A DNA stretch of 40,283 nt, taken from the NCBI GenBank assembly GCA_041572575.1, contig JBFFSH010000020.1, positions 1 to 40,283 on the forward strand, in the 5' to 3' direction. Under the pieces are notes generated by a model. It searched no databases, was not told where the DNA came from, and saw only the letters and a program-made list of their open reading frames with translations. The stretch's first letter is position 1, and every line of letters begins with the position of its first letter. This stretch comes from Thermodesulfobacteriota bacterium (GTDB taxonomy: Bacteria > Desulfobacterota_D > UBA1144 > Nemesobacterales > N074bin48). Both the position numbers and the translations under genes were made by a program. This document shows, one piece after another, positions 30,543-39,287 of this stretch.

Positions 30543-31685
30543 TTACTGCAAATAGACAGTGGTGTTAACATCGGGAATTATAATATTTTCAAATCTCTCA
30601 TAATCATCTATTGATTCAATATCGTCTTGTAAATGTAGTATGAATTTATCCAGATCTGATAAAGGTACATCCTCAATAACTTCTTTATGCCGATTTGAAT
30701 CAAAAAAGTTATCAAAATGAGAGAGTAATATATGTTTTGGTCTTAAGATATCAATAAGTTTGCCAGGATAATCTTCTTTGTATTTCCATCCCGGAACACA
30801 AAGTATTAGCACATCTACCGTATCTGTAACTTGAGATACCTGATTTTCAGGATTTTCCTTACTCGCTGTTACATTTGTAGCAGCCCCTGCAATAGCTATA
30901 ATGACCGATTTGGAATCTTTTATGAGTTTAAAAATGTACAGATAAGTATCTCCCTCCCTAAAATCATATGCAATATTAGGTGGATACTCTAGAGGATTTT
31001 TCTCATCCCCTTCAAATAATTTAAATTTTAACGGGCCTAATTCTAGATGATTTGCGTGATCGGCGATATAAGCTTTGTAGTGGATATCAGAATTACTTCC
31101 TCTAGTTTGTCTTTTGCAATTCATAGTCTCTACCGATTTCCAGTTACCTAGAGTTTCAACAATTTGGGAGTTATAAGACCATCTTTTACTATCATCACCG
31201 TTTGAACAACCGCATTCATTTTTATATCCATGCAAGATATTCTTTGTTGTAATACTCCCATAAACAGGAACATTACATCCCGATTCATCTTTTTTATGTT
31301 TTAGTAATGGAACTGTATCCATTAAATGATCATAATGGGAATGTCCGATAAAAATAGCGTCTGGTGTTATTATTTTTTCATAATATTTACTTATATAAGT
31401 ATCGTTTGATTTTATTGAATTTCCAAAAACTACATTTGATAAATTCTGATAACTCACAAAAGGATCGGTCATTATAGAATTATTGCCATAGGATATTAAA
31501 TAATTTGAAGTTCCAAACCACCTGATTTGCAAAGTGTTTTGTAATTCTCTTTCATCAGGCGTTTCTATTAGTTCTTTAGAAATAGTAATAGTATTTTTAT
31601 TCCTCACAGGGATTGGTTTTGTGCAGGAATAAATGTTAACGATGAAAATTAATATAACTAAGATATGTATAGTGTTTATATACAT
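30543..31685 (-). CDS. Putative lipoprotein metallo-beta-lactamase-fold hydrolase
   Basis: Signal peptide with IYSC; RWFGT, TDPF, GHSHYDH, SHFDNFF. Confidence 0.8.
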   Translation of the reverse strand: MYINTIHILVILIFIVNIYSCTKPIPVRNKNTITISKELIETPDERELQNTLQIRWFGTSNYLISYGNNSIMTDPFVSYQNLSNVVFGNSIKSNDTYISKYYEKIITPDAIFIGHSHYDHLMDTVPLLKHKKDESGCNVPVYGSITTKNILHGYKNECGCSNGDDSKRWSYNSQIVETLGNWKSVETMNCKRQTRGSNSDIHYKAYIADHANHLELGPLKFKLFEGDEKNPLEYPPNIAYDFREGDTYLYIFKLIKDSKSVIIAIAGAATNVTASKENPENQVSQVTDTVDVLILCVPGWKYKEDYPGKLIDILRPKHILLSHFDNFFDSNRHKEVIEDVPLSDLDKFILHLQDDIESIDDYERFENIIIPDVNTTVYLQ

Positions 31686-31747
31686 GTAAATTACAATGTA
31701 ATTACCTAACCATATTATTTCTTGTACTTTTTGTTTATTAATATCTT

Positions 31748-33193
31748 TTAATCAAAATATTTTAGAGAGTAAGCTTTTAAATCCTTTTTATTGTGAATAT
31801 TTAGTTTCTTGTATATTCTGTATAGATAATTTTTTACTGTACCTTCTGCTATAGAGAGTTTGTCACCTATATCCTTGTTTGTGTAACCCTGTGAAGCAAA
31901 TGCGATTATTTGCTTTTCTTTAAGAGAAAACATATCAAATGTCTTATCATTTGCCGTTATTTTTATATTTATATTTGTATTTTTCTGTTTAACATAATTA
32001 TTTAGTATATCTCTTCTATACCACAGATCTCCATTCATGATAGAATGTATCGTCAAAGGGATATTTACATTGTCTTCTTTGTAGCTAACTACACCGCTTA
32101 CTGTGTTCTCAATAAGTCTTAGTTCATTTTTATCATCAGGCTTTGGGTTAATTACTAATATTTTCACATCTGAAACTTCATTTTTTAAGAATTTTATGAT
32201 ATCAAATAGTTCATCAGAATAATTAGAATCATCCAAGATTATTGCTAAATCAATATCATTAGAATAGCTACATTCTAATATCTCAAGTTTTGAAGAGACC
32301 TGACAACGTATTTTAATAGATTTATCGGCATCTAGTACATTTAAAATGCCTTGTCGTAACATACTGTCATTTCCAATGGCAATAATATTTATTGGATATT
32401 CTTGTAAATCAACATCAAAATTAGATTTTAATAGCTGATGTTTTTTAATTTCAGGTTTTTCCCAAAAGAAAATTGTAATAAAATTACTACTAAGCTCGGT
32501 TACAAAGGATGTTTTAATCTCAACACTTATTTCAGAACCTTTTTTAGATCTTATTTTAAGGTTTTCTTTAAATTTATGCACAGTTCCTTTTCTTATTGTT
32601 TCATTTAACAGTTTTTTACTAGTATAGTTTTCATTTGTTATACTAAATACTTGATCAAACCTGAGTTTTGTAGCCTCGTCGGATTTAAATCCAGTAAGAA
32701 TTTCAGCCACTTTATTAATAAATAATACTACTCCGCTATCATCTGTAGTAATCACCCCACAGTGCATATTAACAAATGCCTGTTCGTATTTTAAACGCTC
32801 TATGTTCTTTTTTTGATTGGACTTATGCCTTGTAAGAGCAATTTCTACATTAGCCTTCAGTTCTTCAAACTTAAAAGGTTTTGTGATAAATGCATAGGGA
32901 TTTGTATCCTTAACTCTTTTGATTATCTTGTCTTTTGCATATCCCGTAATATAAATAATAGGTATATCGTGTTCTGTTTGTATTTTTTTAGCAATTGTTA
33001 CCCCATCTTTTGAACCCTTAAGCATTATGTCCATTAAGATCAAGTCTGTTTTATTATTTTCTACAAATTCAATAGCTGAATCATAGTTTTTTACTCTATG
33101 GTTGTTTTCATAACCCATTGTAGTAAGAGATTCGCAAATTAATTGTGAATTAAGTTCATTGTCTTCGACAACTAGAATTTTTATGTCTTCCAT
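31748..33193 (-). CDS. Response regulator, REC-PAS-(degenerate REC)-LuxR HTH
   Basis: REC1 VVED/LMDI/ITG/TKPF intact; PAS-like GVITTD...INKVAE.LTG; C-terminal KEKQII...GYTNKDIG..L.IAEGTVKNY...IYKKL. Confidence 0.85.
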   Translation of the reverse strand: MEDIKILVVEDNELNSQLICESLTTMGYENNHRVKNYDSAIEFVENNKTDLILMDIMLKGSKDGVTIAKKIQTEHDIPIIYITGYAKDKIIKRVKDTNPYAFITKPFKFEELKANVEIALTRHKSNQKKNIERLKYEQAFVNMHCGVITTDDSGVVLFINKVAEILTGFKSDEATKLRFDQVFSITNENYTSKKLLNETIRKGTVHKFKENLKIRSKKGSEISVEIKTSFVTELSSNFITIFFWEKPEIKKHQLLKSNFDVDLQEYPINIIAIGNDSMLRQGILNVLDADKSIKIRCQVSSKLEILECSYSNDIDLAIILDDSNYSDELFDIIKFLKNEVSDVKILVINPKPDDKNELRLIENTVSGVVSYKEDNVNIPLTIHSIMNGDLWYRRDILNNYVKQKNTNINIKITANDKTFDMFSLKEKQIIAFASQGYTNKDIGDKLSIAEGTVKNYLYRIYKKLNIHNKKDLKAYSLKYFD

Positions 33194-33251
33194 AGCTGTT
33201 TATATAAAAAAAAGAGTTAATCTGCAGTAAAAACCTGACCCTATCACATAC

Positions 33252-33281
33252 ATTATGTCATAATTCTTATTTTAATGTCAA
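33252..33281 (-). promoter_or_regulatory. Putative sigma70 promoter of the response regulator
   Basis: Minus strand: TTGACA (33281-33276), 18 nt, CATAAT (33257-33252), preceded by TGn (extended -10). Confidence 0.55.
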
Positions 33282-33481
33282 CATATTTTGTATTACTGTA
33301 TAATTACTTAACAGATATTTATTTTTAATAAATTAGTAATTAAGTCTCATTATTAATGATAATTTACTAAACAGGCATTAATTTATAGAAATATCATGTA
33401 ATTCAGCATTACTGTTATCTAATAAATCATGCATATAGATATTGATACAAAATAGAAGTAAAAGGAAAAATATTAGTTAAA

Positions 33482-33500
33482 GTATTACTTTAAGTAATAC
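33482..33500. promoter_or_regulatory. Perfect 9-1-9 palindrome, candidate operator
   Basis: GTATTACTT-T-AAGTAATAC in the divergent intergenic region. Confidence 0.45.
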
Positions 33501-33560
33501 AATAATTCAACTTCAAGCATACACTAGGAAAATCATTTTACACATTAAGTATATTACTCA

Positions 33561-33580
33561 TTATTTACAGTTATTTACAG
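33561..33580. repeat. 10-bp direct tandem repeat (TTATTTACAG x2)
   Basis: Read directly from the sequence. Confidence 0.7.
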
Positions 33581-33743
33581 AGCATATATAATATAATACT
33601 TTAATTATGTGTTATAAAATCTACCTAAGTTTATTATTAAACAAATAGTTAAAGTAATAATATATATAATATATACAGTATGTTATACGTTATACTTAAT
33701 ATTTAACTTTATGTACGCTATTCTAATGATATTTAAATAAATA

Positions 33744-34412
33744 ATGTCCAATAATATAAAATTTGAGATTAAGGATTTAAGTCTAAGTAGAAATAGTTCT
33801 GTAATATTTAATAAAATTAATTTAACTATTGCAAATGGTTCAATTTCAATAATTACAGGTAAATCGGGTAGTGGTAAGACCTCGCTATTACGTCTTTTAA
33901 ACAGACTCGAAGACCCTGTCTCCGGTTCTATTTACTATAAAGAAAAGGATCTAAAAGAATATGATGTATTACAACTTAGAAAAGATATATCCCTTGTACA
34001 GCAAATACCTATTATTATAGGTAATAGCGTTAAAGACAATCTTCTATTACAGTCAACTTTAACAAAGCAGCCCTACCCTTCAGATGAAACCTTAATAACC
34101 ACTTTAGACATGTGTGGATTATCAGAGAATTTTATTAATAAAAATGCTCAACTATTGTCATTGGGTGAAAAACAAAGAGTATGTATAGCCAGATCAATAA
34201 TAAATAAGCCTGATGTTTTGTTGCTAGATGAACCTACTTCATCACTGGATTTTGAAAATTCTCTATCTATTTTACATCTCATAAATGATCTTAACAAAGA
34301 ACTAGGTATAACCATAATATTAGTTACTCATAAAATTGATGAAGCCAGATATCTAAATGCAGATTACTACACATTATCAAATGGAATAATTAATAAGGGA
34401 ATAAACTATTAA
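33744..34412 (+). CDS. ABC transporter ATP-binding protein (FetA/YbbL-like)
   Basis: GKSGSGKT, LSLGEKQR, LLLDEPTS, VTH; paired with a UPF0014 permease. Confidence 0.9.
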   Translation: MSNNIKFEIKDLSLSRNSSVIFNKINLTIANGSISIITGKSGSGKTSLLRLLNRLEDPVSGSIYYKEKDLKEYDVLQLRKDISLVQQIPIIIGNSVKDNLLLQSTLTKQPYPSDETLITTLDMCGLSENFINKNAQLLSLGEKQRVCIARSIINKPDVLLLDEPTSSLDFENSLSILHLINDLNKELGITIILVTHKIDEARYLNADYYTLSNGIINKGINY

Positions 34413-34415
34413 TAA

Positions 34416-35207
34416 ATGGAACAAAATACTTCTTCTTTAATATATCTATCATATTTAGACTTAATTTTAGGATTTAGTCTGATACTCATAGCTGCAGGAT
34501 TATCAAAGTGGAAAGAGTTAAAACTAGAAAAAGATTTAATAATTGCCAGTTTAAGAACTTTTCTACAACTAATAGGCGTAGGATTTATATTAAAATATGT
34601 ATTTGAATCAAATAACAGCATATTAGTTCTGTTTTTTATTTTTGTAATGATAACTGTTGCCGTATTTACTGTAATAAGAGACAAGGAATCTATATTTTCC
34701 AATTTATCTTTTATCGTTAGTTTCGCTCTCATCTCGAGCTCTGGTATTACTGTGTTTCTAGTTACACAAATTATCATTAACATTGACCCATGGTATAGCC
34801 CTCAGTACTTAATACCAATAACAGGAATGGTAATTGGCAACAGTATTAATGGTGCTTCAATTGCAATCGACAGACTAGATTCAGAAATAAGAGAGAAGAA
34901 AGATAAGATTGAAGCACTTTTGTGCCTAGGAGCTACATCACATCAGTCTTGTGCCGATATAATAAGATCTTCAATGATGGCATCTCTCATTCCAACTATA
35001 AATTCAATGATGATAGTTGGAATTGTTACATTTCCTGGAATTATGACGGGTCAAATACTTTCTGGTATTTCACCGATATCAGCAATAAAATATCAAATAA
35101 TAATAATGTATATGATTGCATTTTCTGTAACGTTTTGTTCATATTTAATAATTAACTTAAGATATAAGAGTTATTTCACAAAGGATCATCAATATATTCA
35201 CAAATAA
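34416..35207 (+). CDS. fetB: UPF0014 ABC permease (FetB/YbbM-like)
   Basis: R..LQL..VG, PQYLIPITGMVIGNS, LGAT, GIVTFPGIMTGQILSG, A.KYQ. Confidence 0.88.
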   Translation: MEQNTSSLIYLSYLDLILGFSLILIAAGLSKWKELKLEKDLIIASLRTFLQLIGVGFILKYVFESNNSILVLFFIFVMITVAVFTVIRDKESIFSNLSFIVSFALISSSGITVFLVTQIIINIDPWYSPQYLIPITGMVIGNSINGASIAIDRLDSEIREKKDKIEALLCLGATSHQSCADIIRSSMMASLIPTINSMMIVGIVTFPGIMTGQILSGISPISAIKYQIIIMYMIAFSVTFCSYLIINLRYKSYFTKDHQYIHK

Positions 35208-35302
35208 TTTCATTATTATCAAAATATCTATTTAATTTCTTAGTTATTAAATTATAATAAAAGCGTTATAACAATTTTACTAACAAAAGGAGAATAAAAT
35301 TA

Positions 35303-35560
35303 ATGGGTTGTTGTTTTAAAGCTATAGGAGATGAGCGCAGAAGAAAAATACTTACTATACTCAGTAAAGGAAGTGCTTCAGCCGGAGATATATCATCTAA
35401 ATTTAAGATATCACAACCAACTATCTCAAACCATTTAAAAATATTAAGAGAAGCCGGCCTCATTAAAGAAAAAAAAATCGCCCAAAGCAGAATTTATTCC
35501 TTGAATCAAGATAGAATAAAAAAAGTTATAGCAACACTGAGTGAAATTGTAGAACCATAA
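35303..35560 (+). CDS. ArsR/SmtB-family transcriptional regulator
   Basis: FKAIGDERRRKIL, SQPTISNHLKILREAGLI, R.YSL; AGGAG RBS. Confidence 0.9.
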   Translation: MGCCFKAIGDERRRKILTILSKGSASAGDISSKFKISQPTISNHLKILREAGLIKEKKIAQSRIYSLNQDRIKKVIATLSEIVEP

Positions 35561-35572
35561 CAAAATGAAACA

Positions 35573-36031
35573 GTGAGTAAAGATAAAACAGACCTAAAAT
35601 TAGCTTCTTCAAAGCATATACCAGCGCTTTTGGATTTTATACAGTCTTATTATGATTTTGAATCCATTACATACCTTGAAAACAAAGTAGAAAAGGCACT
35701 TAGGAGTCTCTTAAACTCTGAAGACATTGGAAGAGTCTGGCTCATAACATTTAACGATGAACCTGTGGGTTATATTATACTGTGTTTTAGTTACTCACTC
35801 GTATCATATGGACAAGACGGCATGATTGATGAGTTTTATATAAAAGAAAAATATAGAAATAAAGGAATTGGTACAGAAGTAATAAAACAGGTTATAAAAA
35901 ACTCTAAAAAACTCGGCCTTAAAAGTCTTTATTTAGAAGTAAATAAACACAACAAAGAGGCACAGAGTTTTTATAACAGCCTCAAATTCAAAAAAAGAGA
36001 CAACTATTTTCTAATGAATTTAGATTTATAA
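35573..36031 (+). CDS. GNAT family N-acetyltransferase
   Basis: IDEFYI..YRNKGIG (motif A), LEV...N..A..FY; GTG start. Confidence 0.88.
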   Translation: MSKDKTDLKLASSKHIPALLDFIQSYYDFESITYLENKVEKALRSLLNSEDIGRVWLITFNDEPVGYIILCFSYSLVSYGQDGMIDEFYIKEKYRNKGIGTEVIKQVIKNSKKLGLKSLYLEVNKHNKEAQSFYNSLKFKKRDNYFLMNLDL

Positions 36032-36034
36032 CTA

Positions 36035-36931
36035 TTAACTGAGCCTGAATTTTCTCCAATATCTTGTAAGCCCCCCAACATTCATAAAAAAAGGATCAGA
36101 AAGCTCATAAGATCTGTAATCTATCTCGCTGACATTAGCTGATTTTAGTATATTACTGGCATACTCCTCAAACTCCGGAATTATTTCTTCATCTGTCTTG
36201 CCGTCTTTAACTCTGACTCCAATCCATTCAGTCCAGTCTAAAAGCGTGTTTTCTAGCTCTTCAAGATGAGCATTTATTTCTGTTATTCCATTCTGTCCGC
36301 CAAAGTGGGTAGGATATATAGTAGAAGGATTAATATCCCTAATTTTTTGGATCGATTCCTGCCAGAGCTCTACATTAATATCAGGAGGAGGTGTGGGAGG
36401 AAGTATAGGTCCAAGATTAATCCTGTTTCCCGTTACATCTCCTGTTATCAGAATATCTTCTATCTGATATGCATGATGGTGAGAAGCATGGCCCGGTGTT
36501 TCTATAGCCTTTATCTTTGTATCCCCAATAGTTATTACTTCCTGATCTTCAATAGCATAAACCAGGTTTTCATCCACATTTTCCACAGTACCCCAAAGCC
36601 TGTCCATATCATCACCGTAGATCATAGCAGCAGATTTCATCAACTTTTCAGGAGCAATTATATGAGGCGCCCCTCTTCCATGCACATAAATCTTTGCACC
36701 TTCCTTTGCAAAATGCCATGCAGCTCCTGAGTGGTCTAAATGTATATGAGTAACAAATACATGTTTAATATCTGATACTTGGTATCCGTTATCATTTAGG
36801 GCTTTTTCAAGATTCATAAACACAGAATCTGGACCAGTTTCTATAAGAATCGGTCCCTCACTTGTTTTTATAAGATGACATGCTATTACATTCGGGTTAA
36901 AAAAGTTAATATCCAGTATTTTTAAGTCCAT
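36035..36931 (-). CDS. MBL-fold metallo-hydrolase
   Basis: THIHLDHSG, TPGHASHH, TGD, THFG. Confidence 0.92.
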   Translation of the reverse strand: MDLKILDINFFNPNVIACHLIKTSEGPILIETGPDSVFMNLEKALNDNGYQVSDIKHVFVTHIHLDHSGAAWHFAKEGAKIYVHGRGAPHIIAPEKLMKSAAMIYGDDMDRLWGTVENVDENLVYAIEDQEVITIGDTKIKAIETPGHASHHHAYQIEDILITGDVTGNRINLGPILPPTPPPDINVELWQESIQKIRDINPSTIYPTHFGGQNGITEINAHLEELENTLLDWTEWIGVRVKDGKTDEEIIPEFEEYASNILKSANVSEIDYRSYELSDPFFMNVGGLTRYWRKFRLS

Positions 36932-37040
36932 GATTATTCCTCTATAGTAAATTTATCTAAAAATAACCGAGTAAATGTCATAAAACAAATTACAGTATAT
37001 ATTATTTATGTATAATATAAGAAAAATATTGGAGATTGAT

Positions 37041-38183
37041 ATGATAAACCATGACAGGCTAACCGAATATACTATGGATTTAATAAAAATAGACAGTCCT
37101 TCGAAGCACGAAAAGGATGTAGCCATGAAATTAAAGCATGACATGGAGCATATAGGTGCTGATTGTTCTTTTGATGATGCTGATAAGAAGGTAAACGGGA
37201 ATGTAGGAAATTTAACTGTAAAACTTAAAGGAAATACCGATGCCCCCCCATTCTTCTTTTCATCACATATGGATACGGTAAGTCCCGGGATCGGAATTAA
37301 ACCTCATGTAAAAGACGGAATAATGAGAAGCGATGGTACAACCATACTTGGAAGTGATGATAAAAGTGGCGTTGCAATAATTGTAGAAATAATAAAATCT
37401 CTTAAAGAAAACAATATCCCTCACGGAGATATAGAAGTAGCATTTACAATATGCGAAGAGATCGGATTGTTAGGCGCTAAATATTATGATGTAAACCAGC
37501 TTTCAGCCAAACACGGCATTGTACTTGATAGCAGCACCCCCGATAGACTGGTACTAAGATGCCCGTCTGCAGAAGACCTTCATTTTACAGTTCATGGAGT
37601 TGAGGCCCATGCAGGTCTTTGTCCAGAAGACGGCATTAGTGCTATAAAGGTAGCATCTGATGCTATATCCACCATGACATTTGGACGAATAGATCATGAG
37701 ACGACTTCAAATATTGGGATTATAAACGGCGGTATTGCAACAAACATCGTTACCGGCAAAGTAGATGTTGTGGGAGAGGTAAGGAGCCATGATGAACAGA
37801 AATTACAAGCTCAGATATATCATATGCAGGAATGTTTTACTAATGCTGCCAAGAAATACAAGATTAATTTAGACGGAAAGGAACTAAATGCAAAAGTTGA
37901 ATTTAGCAATGAAAGATCTTATGACAGAATGGACGCAGGCGATGATTCATATATTACAAAACTTGTTTTAAAGGCCGTAGATAATCTTGGTCATAAAGTA
38001 AAGCTTCACACCACAGGTGGCGGCTGTGATGCTAATTATTTTAACAAATATGGTATAAGCTGCGCAAATCTTGGAACGGGGATGTATGAGCTCCATACAG
38101 TAAATGAGTATCTTGTTCTCGAAGAGCAGCAGCGCTGTGCAAAGATAATGCTCGAGACCGTTAGACTCAATGCCGAGAACTAA
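37041..38183 (+). CDS. M20B (peptidase T-like) metallopeptidase
   Basis: HMDTV, LGSDDKSG, CEEIGLLG, HAG, GGGCDAN, HT..E; ATG at 37041 after GGAG. Confidence 0.92.
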   Translation: MINHDRLTEYTMDLIKIDSPSKHEKDVAMKLKHDMEHIGADCSFDDADKKVNGNVGNLTVKLKGNTDAPPFFFSSHMDTVSPGIGIKPHVKDGIMRSDGTTILGSDDKSGVAIIVEIIKSLKENNIPHGDIEVAFTICEEIGLLGAKYYDVNQLSAKHGIVLDSSTPDRLVLRCPSAEDLHFTVHGVEAHAGLCPEDGISAIKVASDAISTMTFGRIDHETTSNIGIINGGIATNIVTGKVDVVGEVRSHDEQKLQAQIYHMQECFTNAAKKYKINLDGKELNAKVEFSNERSYDRMDAGDDSYITKLVLKAVDNLGHKVKLHTTGGGCDANYFNKYGISCANLGTGMYELHTVNEYLVLEEQQRCAKIMLETVRLNAEN

Positions 38184-38554
38184 TGAAAGCACTCATACTC
38201 ATAGATCATGGAAGCAAAGTAGAACAGGCAAATAATCTTTTAGTGCAAATAGTAGGTCTGCTTAATAAGAAACAAAACACTGGTTTTGATTTTATAACAT
38301 ACTCCCATATGGAGCTTTGTAACCCTACAATAGAAGACGCATTCTATCTTGCAGCTAGTAAAGGAGCTACGGAAATAATTGTCCATCCATACTTCCTTGC
38401 ACCAGGAAGGCACTCTAAAACTGATATCCCCAATATGGTTAAAGAAGCTGCTTCTAAGTATACTAATATTAAATATAAGATTACCGAACCACTTGGAATT
38501 CATGACAAGATACTGGAGGTTATACTAGAACGAGCAAATCATGAAAAAGTATAA
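38183..38554 (+). CDS. Small CbiX/SirB-family chelatase-like protein
   Basis: LIDHGS, ME...PTI, PYFLAPGRH..DIP, EPLG.H. Confidence 0.85.
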   Translation: MKALILIDHGSKVEQANNLLVQIVGLLNKKQNTGFDFITYSHMELCNPTIEDAFYLAASKGATEIIVHPYFLAPGRHSKTDIPNMVKEAASKYTNIKYKITEPLGIHDKILEVILERANHEKV

Positions 38555-39287
38555 ATATATATTCTTTGACCTTTTTGATACTTTAATTGACTTCAACTAT
38601 ACAATGTTGCCACAAATAAGCATTGACGGAGAAAAACATAATACTACAAGCAGACTAGTTTATGATGTATTTAGTAAGTTCTACCCCGACATTTCTTTTG
38701 ATACTTTCTATAAGCCCTTTATGGAAACTTTTCATGAATTTCAACAATTAAAAAAAATAGACAACAGGGAATATCCAAACCAACAGAGATTCAATATGCT
38801 TATCGACAAATTAAATCTCAATCATATAGATAATAAGGATGAAGTGCTTTCCAGCATGACAGAGGTTCATATGTCCGGACTTGCGTCTGCTACTACTTTT
38901 CCAGAAAATAATAAGACGACACTCGAATATCTAAAGAAACTGGATTACAGGTTTGCTCTAATCTCTAATTTTGACTATGCCCCTACTGCTTATGCCCTAT
39001 TGGATCAGTATGATCTCAAAAAATATTTTGATAGGATTTATATTTCAATTGAAGTTGGCTGGAGAAAACCGCATAAAAACATTTTTCAGATTGCACTTGA
39101 TGAGTGTGAGGTAAATAATGACGAAGTAATCCATGTTGGTGACAATTTCGGTGCAGACATAGTTGGAGCCTTTAATCAGGGAATAGACAGTATATGGATC
39201 AACAGAAAGGATGAGGAACTAACACATGATTCTGTAACACCCAACATTATAGTATCAAAATTGTATGAGCTTACGAGCCTTTTTTAA
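38541..39287 (+). CDS. HAD-family hydrolase
   Basis: FDLFDTL, ISN, RKP, HVGDNFGADI.GA. Confidence 0.9.
   Translation: MKKYKYIFFDLFDTLIDFNYTMLPQISIDGEKHNTTSRLVYDVFSKFYPDISFDTFYKPFMETFHEFQQLKKIDNREYPNQQRFNMLIDKLNLNHIDNKDEVLSSMTEVHMSGLASATTFPENNKTTLEYLKKLDYRFALISNFDYAPTAYALLDQYDLKKYFDRIYISIEVGWRKPHKNIFQIALDECEVNNDEVIHVGDNFGADIVGAFNQGIDSIWINRKDEELTHDSVTPNIIVSKLYELTSLF

Noticed and set aside
33536..33580. oriC: one TTWTNCACA match (TTTTACACA, 33536-33544) plus two TTATTTACA near-matches in AT-rich DNA
   Set aside because: Too few good DnaA boxes for such AT-rich DNA and no dnaA/dnaN/gidA context; a genome-wide GC-skew analysis would be needed.
35252..35271. TTATAA-N8-TTATAA as the ArsR operator
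   Set aside because: Plausible position, but too low in complexity to distinguish from chance in AT-rich DNA.
424..38503. Numerous antisense or alternate-frame ORFs in the track (e.g. 424-915, 6333-6752, 23318-23791, 36266-36730)
   Set aside because: They overlap well-supported genes and lack motifs; shadow ORFs.
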